NCBI GenBank assembly: GCA_963768225.1
Contig: CAVYGV010000005.1
Location: 347,184-411,183 of the forward strand
Direction of reading: 5' to 3'
From: an uncultured Alphaproteobacteria bacterium
Lineage (GTDB): Bacteria > Pseudomonadota > Alphaproteobacteria > Rhizobiales > Xanthobacteraceae
Length of the DNA stretch: 64,000 nt
The position numbers were made by a program, and so were the translations under genes. This document shows, piece by piece, positions 15,086 through 22,810 of this stretch. How positions within the stretch are numbered: the first letter of the stretch is position 1; each line of letters begins with the position of its first letter. The notes beneath the pieces are model-generated. The model had not been told where the DNA came from and did not search any database. It saw only the letters and a program-made list of their open reading frames with translations.

Positions 15086-15929
15086 CGCAAATCAGCACGA
15101 TTAATATCAGGGTCAACTGGCCGGCAATCATGGCCCCGATTGGCCCGTGAACCAGTTCGAAGTTCCGCGGATCGGCAGCCATCAAGCTCAGGCGACCCAG
15201 ATTGATGGCGAATGCCGAAGCGATTGCGGCTGCGCACCATACCGTGTCTGTCATTCGCCAAGGTCGTCCGAGCGCGCGGTTCGTAGCAACCCAAGCAACC
15301 GCGGCCTGGGACATGTTATGGAATGACGAGCAAGCTGCAAATATTTGCAGGACGCGGCCGTCGCGCGGGTACAAAATGACGTTGTCACTATACGGCACAT
15401 GCAAAAGCGTACCGACCAGGAAGGCATCGACCTTGAGCAGCGGTGCGCCAGCGTATTGCAGAAACAGAGGACCCCAGAACACCGGCGCGGCGAGCGCGGC
15501 GAATACGGGCGCAGCTCGGCGCAAAGGACTGCCGATGGAGCTGGTCCTGAAGACGTAAAAGGCAAGTCCGCTCAGACAGATCCAGCTGAGCGAAGTTACC
15601 GGTACGGCAATGAGGAGAACAGCGACAGCCGCCAGCGCCGCGTCGCCGGAACGGATCGGCCGCGCGGCGGCCGGCTCCATCGTTATCGCGCAGGCTGCAA
15701 TCCAGGCCGCCCAGACGATGGCGCTGATCCCGAACGTGTTAGCCAAAGCCGTCCAAAGGCCCAGATCGATGATGCTCGCCGATATATACGGGATCAATCC
15801 GTTGGCGGAGGCGAGGATGAGCAGCGCAGCGAGCAACTGCTCGCGCGTCGCGAATGTCGACGACGTCGTTTCGTTGTCGGCGGGCGGAATGAGACCGGTT
15901 TCGCGACTCGCCGCGACGCGGAAGGACAA
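15048..15929 (-). CDS. Exosortase/archaeosortase-family polytopic membrane protein (putative transpeptidase)
   Basis: Multi-TM protein with the family's Cys...Arg...His arrangement: IFAACSSFHN, then AINLGRLSL about 46 residues later, then LVHGPIGAMIAG 15 residues after that. It lies immediately downstream of two PEP-CTERM-like mini-genes. The start is uncertain. TTG at 15929 is the first in-frame start after the upstream stop. The ORF-track ATG at 16040 overlaps the small gene in another frame. Confidence 0.6.
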   Translation of the reverse strand: MSFRVAASRETGLIPPADNETTSSTFATREQLLAALLILASANGLIPYISASIIDLGLWTALANTFGISAIVWAAWIAACAITMEPAAARPIRSGDAALAAVAVLLIAVPVTSLSWICLSGLAFYVFRTSSIGSPLRRAAPVFAALAAPVFWGPLFLQYAGAPLLKVDAFLVGTLLHVPYSDNVILYPRDGRVLQIFAACSSFHNMSQAAVAWVATNRALGRPWRMTDTVWCAAAIASAFAINLGRLSLMAADPRNFELVHGPIGAMIAGQLTLILIVLICVAGHRRDLFART

Positions 15930-15939
15930 GCCGCGCGAC

Positions 15940-16101
15940 CTAGCAGCGCAGCGCGCGGACCGCGAAATAGACGCCGGCAAGAACTGCCGCTGCCGGCAGC
16001 CCGACCCCCGCAATGGGGCCCGGCGCCGCACTCCCCGCATAGACAGGTTCAGCAGCGAGAACCAGCATGGCCATTCCCAGCAGCGCTGTCATCATTCGCA
16101 T
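15940..16101 (-). CDS. 53-aa pre-peptide: signal peptide plus PEP-CTERM-like (PGP-TM-RALRC) sorting signal, copy A (not in the ORF track)
   Basis: Hand translation: MRMMTALLGMAMLVLAAEPVYAGSAAPGPIAGVGLPAAAVLAGVYFAVRALRC*. GGGGA lies 7 nt upstream of the ATG. A paralog sits 287 bp away, and the conserved blocks differ only by synonymous changes. Confidence 0.65.
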   Translation of the reverse strand: MRMMTALLGMAMLVLAAEPVYAGSAAPGPIAGVGLPAAAVLAGVYFAVRALRC

Positions 16102-16137
16102 GGTGCGATCCCCACCGGTAGAATATCAATGTTATCC

Positions 16138-16166
16138 AAGTTATCTTCGACCGAGTGACCGGTCAA
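16138..16166 (-). promoter_or_regulatory. Candidate sigma70-type promoter for small gene copy A
   Basis: Minus strand TTGACC-N17-TAACTT. The equivalent element is conserved in copy B. Confidence 0.3.
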
Positions 16167-16226
16167 CGCGTGTGAATGTCATCATTGCGCAACCGAGCCG
16201 ATGGACTGGCCGACAAGCCACGCGGC

Positions 16227-16388
16227 CTAACGGCGCAACGCGCGGACCGCGAAATAGACACCGGCAAGAACCGCCGCCGCCGGAAGTCCGACCCCCGCAA
16301 TCGGACCCGGAGCGCCGACTCCCGCATAGACCGGTTCAGCGGCAAAGACGAGCGTGGCAATCCCTAATAACGCAATCCTTATTCCCAT
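16227..16388 (-). CDS. 53-aa pre-peptide: signal peptide plus PEP-CTERM-like (PGP-TM-RALRR) sorting signal, copy B (not in the ORF track)
   Basis: Hand translation: MGIRIALLGIATLVFAAEPVYAGVGAPGPIAGVGLPAAAVLAGVYFAVRALRR*. Same GGGGA-N7-ATG context. The 26 codons PGP...LR are identical in protein to copy A despite 8 nucleotide differences. Confidence 0.65.
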   Translation of the reverse strand: MGIRIALLGIATLVFAAEPVYAGVGAPGPIAGVGLPAAAVLAGVYFAVRALRR

Positions 16389-16425
16389 GGTGCGATCCCC
16401 ACCGGTAGAATATCAATATCTTTCC

Positions 16426-16454
16426 ACGTTACCTTCGACCGAGTGAACGGTCAA
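16426..16454 (-). promoter_or_regulatory. Candidate sigma70-type promoter for small gene copy B
   Basis: Minus strand TTGACC-N17-TAACGT. The position matches the copy A element. Confidence 0.3.
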
Positions 16455-16488
16455 CGCGCGTGAATGTCATCATTGTGAAACCGAGCCG

Positions 16489-17379
16489 ATGGACTGGCCG
16501 ACGATCAGACACTGGCTGCTCCCCTGGACCGACAGCGATGACGCCTGGGTGAGCGTCGTTTTCTGGCTGGGACTTTTCAGCATCGGCGGATTGGAACTGC
16601 TCGTGCCAGTGCATCGAAATAGCCGGCGTGAGCGGCGCTGGCCCGCTAATTTTGGTTTGGGATTGATCAACCTCACTTTGTTGTCGCTGCTGCCGGCGTC
16701 CAGCGTGTTGGCCGCGGTGTGGGCCCAGAGCCATGGCGTGGGGCTGTTGAACTGGCTGCGCGTGCCGTGGATTGAGGCTACCCTCGCTACGATCGCGATC
16801 CGCAGCTTCTCCTCTTATGCGATGCATGTCGTGCTGCACCATGTAGACTTCCTTTGGCGCATCCACCGCGTTCATCACTTCGATATGCAGGTGGATGTAT
16901 CGACAGGCCTGCGCACGCATCCGTTCGAATATGCGCTCGCCTTCTTCCTGGAGCTGACGCTTGCGGTCGCCTTCGGTCTCTTACCTTGGGCGGTATTGTG
17001 CTATGATTTGGCGGACTCGCTCTTTGCGTTTCTCTCGCACGCAAATATTCGCGTCCCGGCGCTGCTGGACCGCCTGTTACGCCTCCTGATCGTGACTCCG
17101 GCCCTGCATGCGATGCATCACTCGTCATGGCGTCCCGAGACGGACAGCAATTTCGGAACTGTTTTGACTTTGTGGGATCGTATTTTCCGCACTTATCGCG
17201 ATCCGCAAGTCGATCGACGCGGCGACCTGCAGTTCGGTTTGTCGGACGTCCGCGATGAACGTACGGCGGACCTCTGGTGGCAGTTGAAATCGCCTCTGGT
17301 GAAGTTCGCGCCCGTCCAATCAGCTGTACCGGAGCACGAAATTACCGATACTCCGCGAACGCCGGTGGCAGTCGAATAA
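16489..17379 (+). CDS. Fatty acid hydroxylase / sterol desaturase family membrane protein
   Basis: Histidine boxes HVVLHHVDFLWRIHRVHH and PALHAMHH. N-terminal TM segments. Divergent from the small-gene pair. Confidence 0.8.
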   Translation: MDWPTIRHWLLPWTDSDDAWVSVVFWLGLFSIGGLELLVPVHRNSRRERRWPANFGLGLINLTLLSLLPASSVLAAVWAQSHGVGLLNWLRVPWIEATLATIAIRSFSSYAMHVVLHHVDFLWRIHRVHHFDMQVDVSTGLRTHPFEYALAFFLELTLAVAFGLLPWAVLCYDLADSLFAFLSHANIRVPALLDRLLRLLIVTPALHAMHHSSWRPETDSNFGTVLTLWDRIFRTYRDPQVDRRGDLQFGLSDVRDERTADLWWQLKSPLVKFAPVQSAVPEHEITDTPRTPVAVE

Positions 17380-17611
17380 GCGGGCGGCGGACCTCATTGC
17401 GGTCTCAGCCCGGCATCGTGCCGACCAGAGGGCGAACCCCTTCCCACGACGGGCCTGTTCTCTACCGGAAGGAACGCCATCCGGATCTAATACCGCTTCC
17501 ATAGCTGATTGAATCGGAATCGTCGTGGTGCTTGGCGGCGTGCATGGGATGGGGGTTTCTCCTTCGAGGCGAGGTGTGATTCGCTGGAACCATCTGATTC
17601 GGAGGGAACAG

Positions 17612-18103
17612 ATGGTCAAATGCTCCAAAGGCCAAGTCCGTCGATTGAAGACAGCGCTGCGCTGGAAAGGAGATCTGCCGCGGCGCCAGCGCATCCAGAT
17701 GGTGCTGCTGCGCGAAAGCGAGATGATGCAGCCTGCGATTGCCGAAGCGATGGGCGTGTCGCTGAGCACAGTAAACCGGGCGCATATGGCCTATGACGGC
17801 GGCGGGCTCAAGGCGCTCAAATCCAAGCCGAGCGGCGGACGCCAGCGCGAAAACATGACCTTGGCCGAGGAAAAGGCCTTGCTCGTTCGTTTTGCCAAAG
17901 CCGCCGGGGCCGGCGAGATGTTGAACATCCACGATCTCAAGGCGGCCTACGAAAAGGCCATTGGGCACGAAACCAGCAACAGCACGGTCTATAATCTTCT
18001 GGCCAGACATGGCTGGCGCAAACTGATGCCGCGTCCGTTTCATCCCAAACGCGACATCGCGGCTCAAAATGCTTTTAAAAAAGCGGTTTTCCAAATGCTG
18101 TGA
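17612..18103 (+). CDS. IS630 transposase, N-terminal HTH part (OrfA)
   Basis: ATG at 17612 preceded by GGAGGG. HTH-like MQPAIAEAMGVSLSTVNRA. Ends ..AFKKAVFQML* just after an A6 run. Confidence 0.8.
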   Translation: MVKCSKGQVRRLKTALRWKGDLPRRQRIQMVLLRESEMMQPAIAEAMGVSLSTVNRAHMAYDGGGLKALKSKPSGGRQRENMTLAEEKALLVRFAKAAGAGEMLNIHDLKAAYEKAIGHETSNSTVYNLLARHGWRKLMPRPFHPKRDIAAQNAFKKAVFQML

Positions 18104-18657
18104 GGAAAGCTAGGCGAGCTGCCGCCAGGCGCGGTCGTCGCTTGCGAATCATGTTCGCCGATGAAGCGCGGTTCGGCCGAATCAACCGGCCGCGGCCGTG
18201 CTGGGCTCCGATCGGAACGAGGCCCGAGGTCGCCGCCCAGCTCATCCGCGAATACATCTATTTGTACGGCGCGGTCTCTCCGAAGGACGGAACTTGCGTC
18301 TATCTGATCATGCCGACATCGAATACAGCGTGCTTCCAGGCCTTCCTCGACGTCCTCTCGCGAAAGTTTGCCAGGCAGGATATTCTCTTGGTTCTCGACG
18401 GCGCCCCCAACCATCGCTGCAGCAACCTCGCGCTTCCCGACAATATCTCGCTGCTGTTCCTGCCGCCCTATTCGCCAGAGCTCAACCCCAAGGAAAATCT
18501 CTGGGATGAAATCCGCGAGAAAATCTTCAAGAACTACGCTCTCAAATCCATCGACGCCGTCCGCACCAAGCTCAAGCACGCAATCCTCTATATCGAGCGC
18601 AATTCCAAAACCGTCCAATCAATCACGTCCTTCCCCTATATCCTCAAGTCACTCTGA
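18100..18657 (+). CDS. IS630 transposase, DDE catalytic part (OrfB, -1 frame relative to OrfA)
   Basis: DEARFG, LVLDGAPNH and PPYSPELNPKENLWDE motifs. The frame is open from the A6 run at 18077-18082, so a fusion would read ..AFKK-SGFPNAVRKA... Confidence 0.8.
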   Translation: MRKARRAAARRGRRLRIMFADEARFGRINRPRPCWAPIGTRPEVAAQLIREYIYLYGAVSPKDGTCVYLIMPTSNTACFQAFLDVLSRKFARQDILLVLDGAPNHRCSNLALPDNISLLFLPPYSPELNPKENLWDEIREKIFKNYALKSIDAVRTKLKHAILYIERNSKTVQSITSFPYILKSL

Positions 18658-18882
18658 TGTGGAAGTGGTATAAGTCTTCACTATGACTTCCGTGGTTTGG
18701 ACGCCGTTTAAGCGATCATCGCAATACGGGGGCAGTACTGTTCAGCGCTGCCTCGGTATTGACCTTGCGCTCAAGCCTGAGCCATAGGTTGTACACCGAA
18801 AGTGCTGGGATTTGCCGGGTTGGATGCGCGCACTATCGAGTACTGCTCGATGCATCTGTGCGTCAACGGAAGGAGGGGTGGC

Positions 18883-19416
18883 ATGGCCAGCTTCGTCGGT
18901 TACTACGAACCGCGTGGGACGCATTGGGTTGCGACTCACGCCATCGACCGTATCGTCGCCCTTTGCGGCATCGTTCCCTACACCCTGGCCGCCATCATCC
19001 TGCGGCTTCTCGTGGCGCGGGACATATTCCTGGCCGGCCAAGCGAAGATCGTCGGGTCGACTTTATTCGCGGGAACCGGCCATCCGGTAACTCTCCCCGC
19101 GCAGGCCAACGATAAGGTGCTTGCCGCCTTCGCCAAGCTGTTTCCGGACGGTGCGGTGTCTTCCGCATTCATCGCTCATTGTTTCGTCTTAGGCGAATTC
19201 ATCCTGCCGATCTGCCTCGTTCTCGGATTTGGCACCCGCATTGCCGCAGCGCTTTTGCTGATCGCGACCGTTCTGTTGGAGGCCTATTTCGTGCCCGGCA
19301 CGTTATGGACGATCCACGCCTATTGGGGCGCAGTGCTTTTAGTGCTGATGACCTGCGGCCCCGGCCCGATTTCGCTCGATTGGGCGGTGCGGACGCTTTA
19401 TCGAAGGCAGGCCTAG
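18883..19416 (+). CDS. DoxX-family membrane protein
   Basis: ATG at 18883 preceded by GGAAGGAGGGG. Four hydrophobic segments and a size typical of DoxX. The family call is from general resemblance only. Confidence 0.55.
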   Translation: MASFVGYYEPRGTHWVATHAIDRIVALCGIVPYTLAAIILRLLVARDIFLAGQAKIVGSTLFAGTGHPVTLPAQANDKVLAAFAKLFPDGAVSSAFIAHCFVLGEFILPICLVLGFGTRIAAALLLIATVLLEAYFVPGTLWTIHAYWGAVLLVLMTCGPGPISLDWAVRTLYRRQA

Positions 19417-19452
19417 CCGGATGGGCGCAGTCCCGGCCGCGCATTCTCGAAA

Positions 19453-20490
19453 GTGAATTTCGCCAGTGACAACACGGCGGGCATTGCTCCCGCCATTCTC
19501 GACGCCATTGCCGAAGCCAATGGCGGCTATGCCCGCGGCTACGGCAATGACGACTGGACGCAAGCGGTCGAGCGGCGGCTCTCGGAGATTTTCGAGCATG
19601 AGGTCGCGGTGTTCCTGGTGCCGACCGGCACCGCGGCGAATGCGCTGGCTTTGGCGCAAGTCTCGCCGCCGTGGGGTGTCGTGTTTTGCCATGCCGAGTC
19701 TCACATCGCGACCGACGAATGCGGCGCGCCGGAGTTTTTCGGCGGCGGTCTCAAACTCGCGGGCTTGCCGGGCAATGGCGCCAAGATCGCTCCGGCGACG
19801 CTGCAAGCGGCGCTGGCCGGCTATGGCGGTCACAGCCCGCATCAGCTCATTCCCTCGGCCTTGTCGATCACCCAGGCGAGCGAAGCCGGCACCATTTACC
19901 GGACCGATGAAATCGCGGCGCTCTGCGAGATCGCGCATGCGCGCGCAATGGCGGTGCACATGGATGGCGCGCGTTTCGCCAATGCGCTGGTTCGGCTGAA
20001 CGCAACGCCGGCGCAATTGACCTGGCGGTCTGGCGTCGATGTGCTCTCGCTCGGCGCCACCAAGGGCGGCGCGCTCGCGGCCGAAGCCGTGGTGATGTTC
20101 GATCCGGCGCGGGCTGCCTATATGGGCGAGCGAAGGAAACGCGCCGGGCATCTTTTGTCGAAGCATCGTTTCATCGCCGCGCAGTTTCTGGCCTATCTCG
20201 CCGACGATCGCTGGCTCACGCTGGCGCGCCACGCCAACGCGAAAGCCGATCGGCTTGCGGAAAAACTCGCTACGGTCGGATTGAAACCGGTCTGGCCGGT
20301 CGAGGCCAATCTCGTGTTCGTGGTGTTGCCGCGTGCGCTCGACGCCAAACTCAAAGCCGCCGGCGCGACATATTACATCCGCGCAAGCGAAGGCCTCAAC
20401 GTTGGAGCGAATAATGTGTTGGTGCGTCTGGTCACGTCGTTTGCGACCGAGGAGTCTGACATCGAGCGCTTCGTCGGACTGTGCACGTAA
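19453..20490 (+). CDS. ltaE: Low-specificity L-threonine aldolase (PLP-dependent)
   Basis: N-terminal FASDNTAGIAPAILDAI. GTAANALAL. PLP-lysine region LSLGATKGGA. Confidence 0.85.
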   Translation: MNFASDNTAGIAPAILDAIAEANGGYARGYGNDDWTQAVERRLSEIFEHEVAVFLVPTGTAANALALAQVSPPWGVVFCHAESHIATDECGAPEFFGGGLKLAGLPGNGAKIAPATLQAALAGYGGHSPHQLIPSALSITQASEAGTIYRTDEIAALCEIAHARAMAVHMDGARFANALVRLNATPAQLTWRSGVDVLSLGATKGGALAAEAVVMFDPARAAYMGERRKRAGHLLSKHRFIAAQFLAYLADDRWLTLARHANAKADRLAEKLATVGLKPVWPVEANLVFVVLPRALDAKLKAAGATYYIRASEGLNVGANNVLVRLVTSFATEESDIERFVGLCT

Positions 20491-20619
20491 TCCGCCAAGC
20501 GACGCCGCGGCCGAGCGTCCAGCACGATTAAAGTCCCGATTGCGCCCAAGCGCCGCCCCAATTGCAGCCGACCGTAGCCGCGGTATTGTAGGCCGGTCGG
20601 GTGGGGAGGCGCGTCGGTC

Positions 20620-21408
20620 GTGCGTCTGCGAATAATCGGAACTGCGATTGCTTCGCTGCTGGCGACGATGGCGTCAGGCAACGCCCAGGTTCCACCACCG
20701 CCGCAAAGCCCGCCACGTCCAGCGCAACCGGCGGTGCAGCAGCCTCCGCCGCCCGGCTTCGTATCGTCCTACGAGATCATGCAAACGCTGCGTTCGGCAG
20801 GGTTCGATCCGCTGGCGCTGCCATTGCGCGAAGGCACGGTCTATGTGGCGCGCGCGACCGACTATCGGGGCATCCTCATGCGGGTCGTCCTCGACGCGCG
20901 CACCGGCGCCATTCGCGATGCCAACCGCATCGTGCCGGGCCCCGGAAATTATGACGGTCCTTATGGCGGTACTTATGGTTCTGAGCCTTATGGTTCTGGT
21001 CCTTACAGTCCCGGACTGTATGGTCCAGAGCCTAATGGACCCGGACCCTATGGCCGCGTCGGCATGATGCCGCCGCCCGACGCGCCACCGCCGGAATCCG
21101 ATAACTCCATGAAGTCTGTGGCGCCGAACCTCGCGCGCCCGGCCACAGGCGTGACCGCTCCGCCGCTGCCGCGTCCGCGGCCTTCACGGCTCGCGTCACG
21201 CAAGCCGGTTGACGATGCCAAGCCGTCCGCCGGCGTCGATCCCAAGCCGGGATCAAAGCCGGGTTCGAAGCCGGATTCGAAGCCCGACATAACGATGACA
21301 GCGCCCGCCGCGCCGCCTGCTCCCCAGGCACAAGCGGCGCCGCCCGCACCGGCACCCGCACCGGCAACTCCGCGCACGGCGCCGTCCACGCTTTCGATCA
21401 ATAATTGA
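20620..21408 (+). CDS. Secreted proline-rich protein with a PepSY-like core and low-complexity repeats
   Basis: Signal peptide ..ATMASGNAQ. Core YEIMQTLRSAGFDPLALPLREGTVYVARA..VVLDARTGAIRD. GPYG/PYG and KPGSKPGSKPDSKPD repeats. Confidence 0.6.
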   Translation: MRLRIIGTAIASLLATMASGNAQVPPPPQSPPRPAQPAVQQPPPPGFVSSYEIMQTLRSAGFDPLALPLREGTVYVARATDYRGILMRVVLDARTGAIRDANRIVPGPGNYDGPYGGTYGSEPYGSGPYSPGLYGPEPNGPGPYGRVGMMPPPDAPPPESDNSMKSVAPNLARPATGVTAPPLPRPRPSRLASRKPVDDAKPSAGVDPKPGSKPGSKPDSKPDITMTAPAAPPAPQAQAAPPAPAPAPATPRTAPSTLSINN

Positions 21409-21533
21409 CCGTCGCGCTCTCTCCCCACGGCAATGCCACGTGCCGCGCGCAGTGGAGCAATGCCGGGGAGCCAGATTGAGCTACTTTCCGCCACAGCGTA
21501 GCATCGCAACGCATTTTGCCGGGAGGCGCCGCC

Positions 21534-22796
21534 GTGAAAGTTTGCATGTTTCATCTCATGCCGTATCGCGACCTGCCGGACGATTTCGATCGGCGCTACA
21601 AATCGGCCTTCATCGATCCCTTGTGGTTCGACGTCGCCGATTCCGAAAAAGTCGGCGCCTATTACAACGCAACGCTCGACGAAATGCTCTATGCGGCCAA
21701 GGCCGGCTTTCACGGCCTGTGCACCAATCAGCATCACCAGAATGTCTACGGCTTCATGGCCAACCCGAGCATCATGGGTGCGGTGCTGGCAAAACAGACC
21801 AACGGCCAGAACGTTGCCATTATTCAACTCGGCTCAACACTGCCCTCGACCAGCCCGCCGACGCGCATTGCCGAGGAATACGCAATGCTCGACTGCATCA
21901 GCGGCGGCCGGCTCATCGCCGGTTTTCCCACCGGCCTGCCGAGCGACGCCACGATCTCGAACGCGGTGGTTCCGATCGAGCAACGCGAGCGTTATCGCGA
22001 GGCCTTGGCGCTGGTCATCAAGGCCTGGTCGGCGCGGGATATCTTTGCCTGGAACAGCAAGCACTATCAGCTCGGCATGGTGAACCTCTGGCCGCGGCCG
22101 ATTCAGCAGCCGCATCCGCCGGTGTGGATTCCGGGTGCCGGCATTTCCGCGACGGCGGACTACGTCGTCGAGCACGACCATTGCTTCTGTCATCTCAGCT
22201 ATTATGGCGCCAAGAACGCCAAGCAGGTGGCCGACCGTTATTGGGAGCTGGCGGTGCGCAAGGGGCGCGACGACAACCCTTATCGGTTCAGCTTTCTGCA
22301 ATTGATCGGCGTCGCGCCGACCGACGCGGAGGCGGAAGATCTCTATGCCGCGCACGCCGAATATTTCTTCCACAAATTGCTGTATACGCCGCCCTATTAT
22401 CAGGCAATCCCGGGCTGCCTCGAATACGACTCCATGGTGCAGGCGCTGCAGCACAATCCGCGCGCCGAGATCAAGCTGCGCGAGCTCAAGGCCAAGGATT
22501 TCTACGCGCGCGGCTTTGTCGTGGTCGGCAGCCCGAAGACCGTGCGCGAGCAATTGCTCGACGGCATCCGCGAACTACGCATGGGACATCTCCTGGCGCT
22601 CCTTCACTTCGGCTCGATGCCGACGGACGTGTGCAAAAACAATATCGATCTGTTCGCGCGCGAAGTGCTGCCGTATCTCAAAGATCAGTGGGACGACAGC
22701 TACGAGGACCGCTGGTGGCCGGCGCGGCTGCGCGGCAAGCGTCCGGCCGCCGCCAAAACCGGTGAGCCGATCGCTCAACCGGCCGTAGCGTCCTAA
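21534..22796 (+). CDS. LLM-class (luciferase-like) flavin-dependent oxidoreductase
   Basis: VKVCMFHLMPYRDLPDDF start with GGGAGG upstream. The overall pattern is typical of luciferase-like monooxygenases. Confidence 0.85.
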   Translation: MKVCMFHLMPYRDLPDDFDRRYKSAFIDPLWFDVADSEKVGAYYNATLDEMLYAAKAGFHGLCTNQHHQNVYGFMANPSIMGAVLAKQTNGQNVAIIQLGSTLPSTSPPTRIAEEYAMLDCISGGRLIAGFPTGLPSDATISNAVVPIEQRERYREALALVIKAWSARDIFAWNSKHYQLGMVNLWPRPIQQPHPPVWIPGAGISATADYVVEHDHCFCHLSYYGAKNAKQVADRYWELAVRKGRDDNPYRFSFLQLIGVAPTDAEAEDLYAAHAEYFFHKLLYTPPYYQAIPGCLEYDSMVQALQHNPRAEIKLRELKAKDFYARGFVVVGSPKTVREQLLDGIRELRMGHLLALLHFGSMPTDVCKNNIDLFAREVLPYLKDQWDDSYEDRWWPARLRGKRPAAAKTGEPIAQPAVAS

Positions 22797-22810
22797 GGCG
22801 GGAGACCAGC

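Larger units (their letters stand above)
15926..16499. repeat. Two-copy tandem direct repeat, period 287 bp (15926-16212 and 16213-16499), diverged
   Basis: The start codons of the two small genes are exactly 287 bp apart (16101 and 16388). Homology runs from GACAAGCC to ..ATGGACTGGCCGAC in both copies. All three junctions share GAC. Confidence 0.85.
17490..18671 (+). mobile_element. IS630-family insertion sequence (about 1.18 kb) with imperfect terminal inverted repeats at a TA-containing target
   Basis: Left end ATACCGCTTCCATAGCTGA versus the reverse complement of the right end ATACCACTTCCACATCAGA. TA dinucleotides occur at both boundaries, so the exact ends are ambiguous by 1-3 nt. It contains a two-frame DDE transposase. 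Confidence 0.8.

Noticed and set aside
15930-16040. ORF-track ATG start (16040) for the exosortase-like gene
   Set aside because: That N-terminal extension (MRGVRRRAPLRGSGCRQRQ...) is the out-of-frame reading of small gene copy A, whose own frame shows purifying selection. The extension is Arg-rich and unlikely to be real.
17462-18618. Two minus-strand ORFs (210 and 184 aa) inside the IS630 element
   Set aside because: They are antisense to the transposase frames that carry the DDE motifs (DEARF, DGAPNH, PELNPKENLW). I recognise no motifs of their own.
21180-21300. Short nucleotide periodicity (KPGSKPGSKPDSKPD) and the GPYG repeats at 20940-21060, considered as VNTR or CRISPR-like repeats
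   Set aside because: The repeats are in frame within a secreted Pro-rich protein. They are short and degenerate, without unique spacers. This is a coding low-complexity region.
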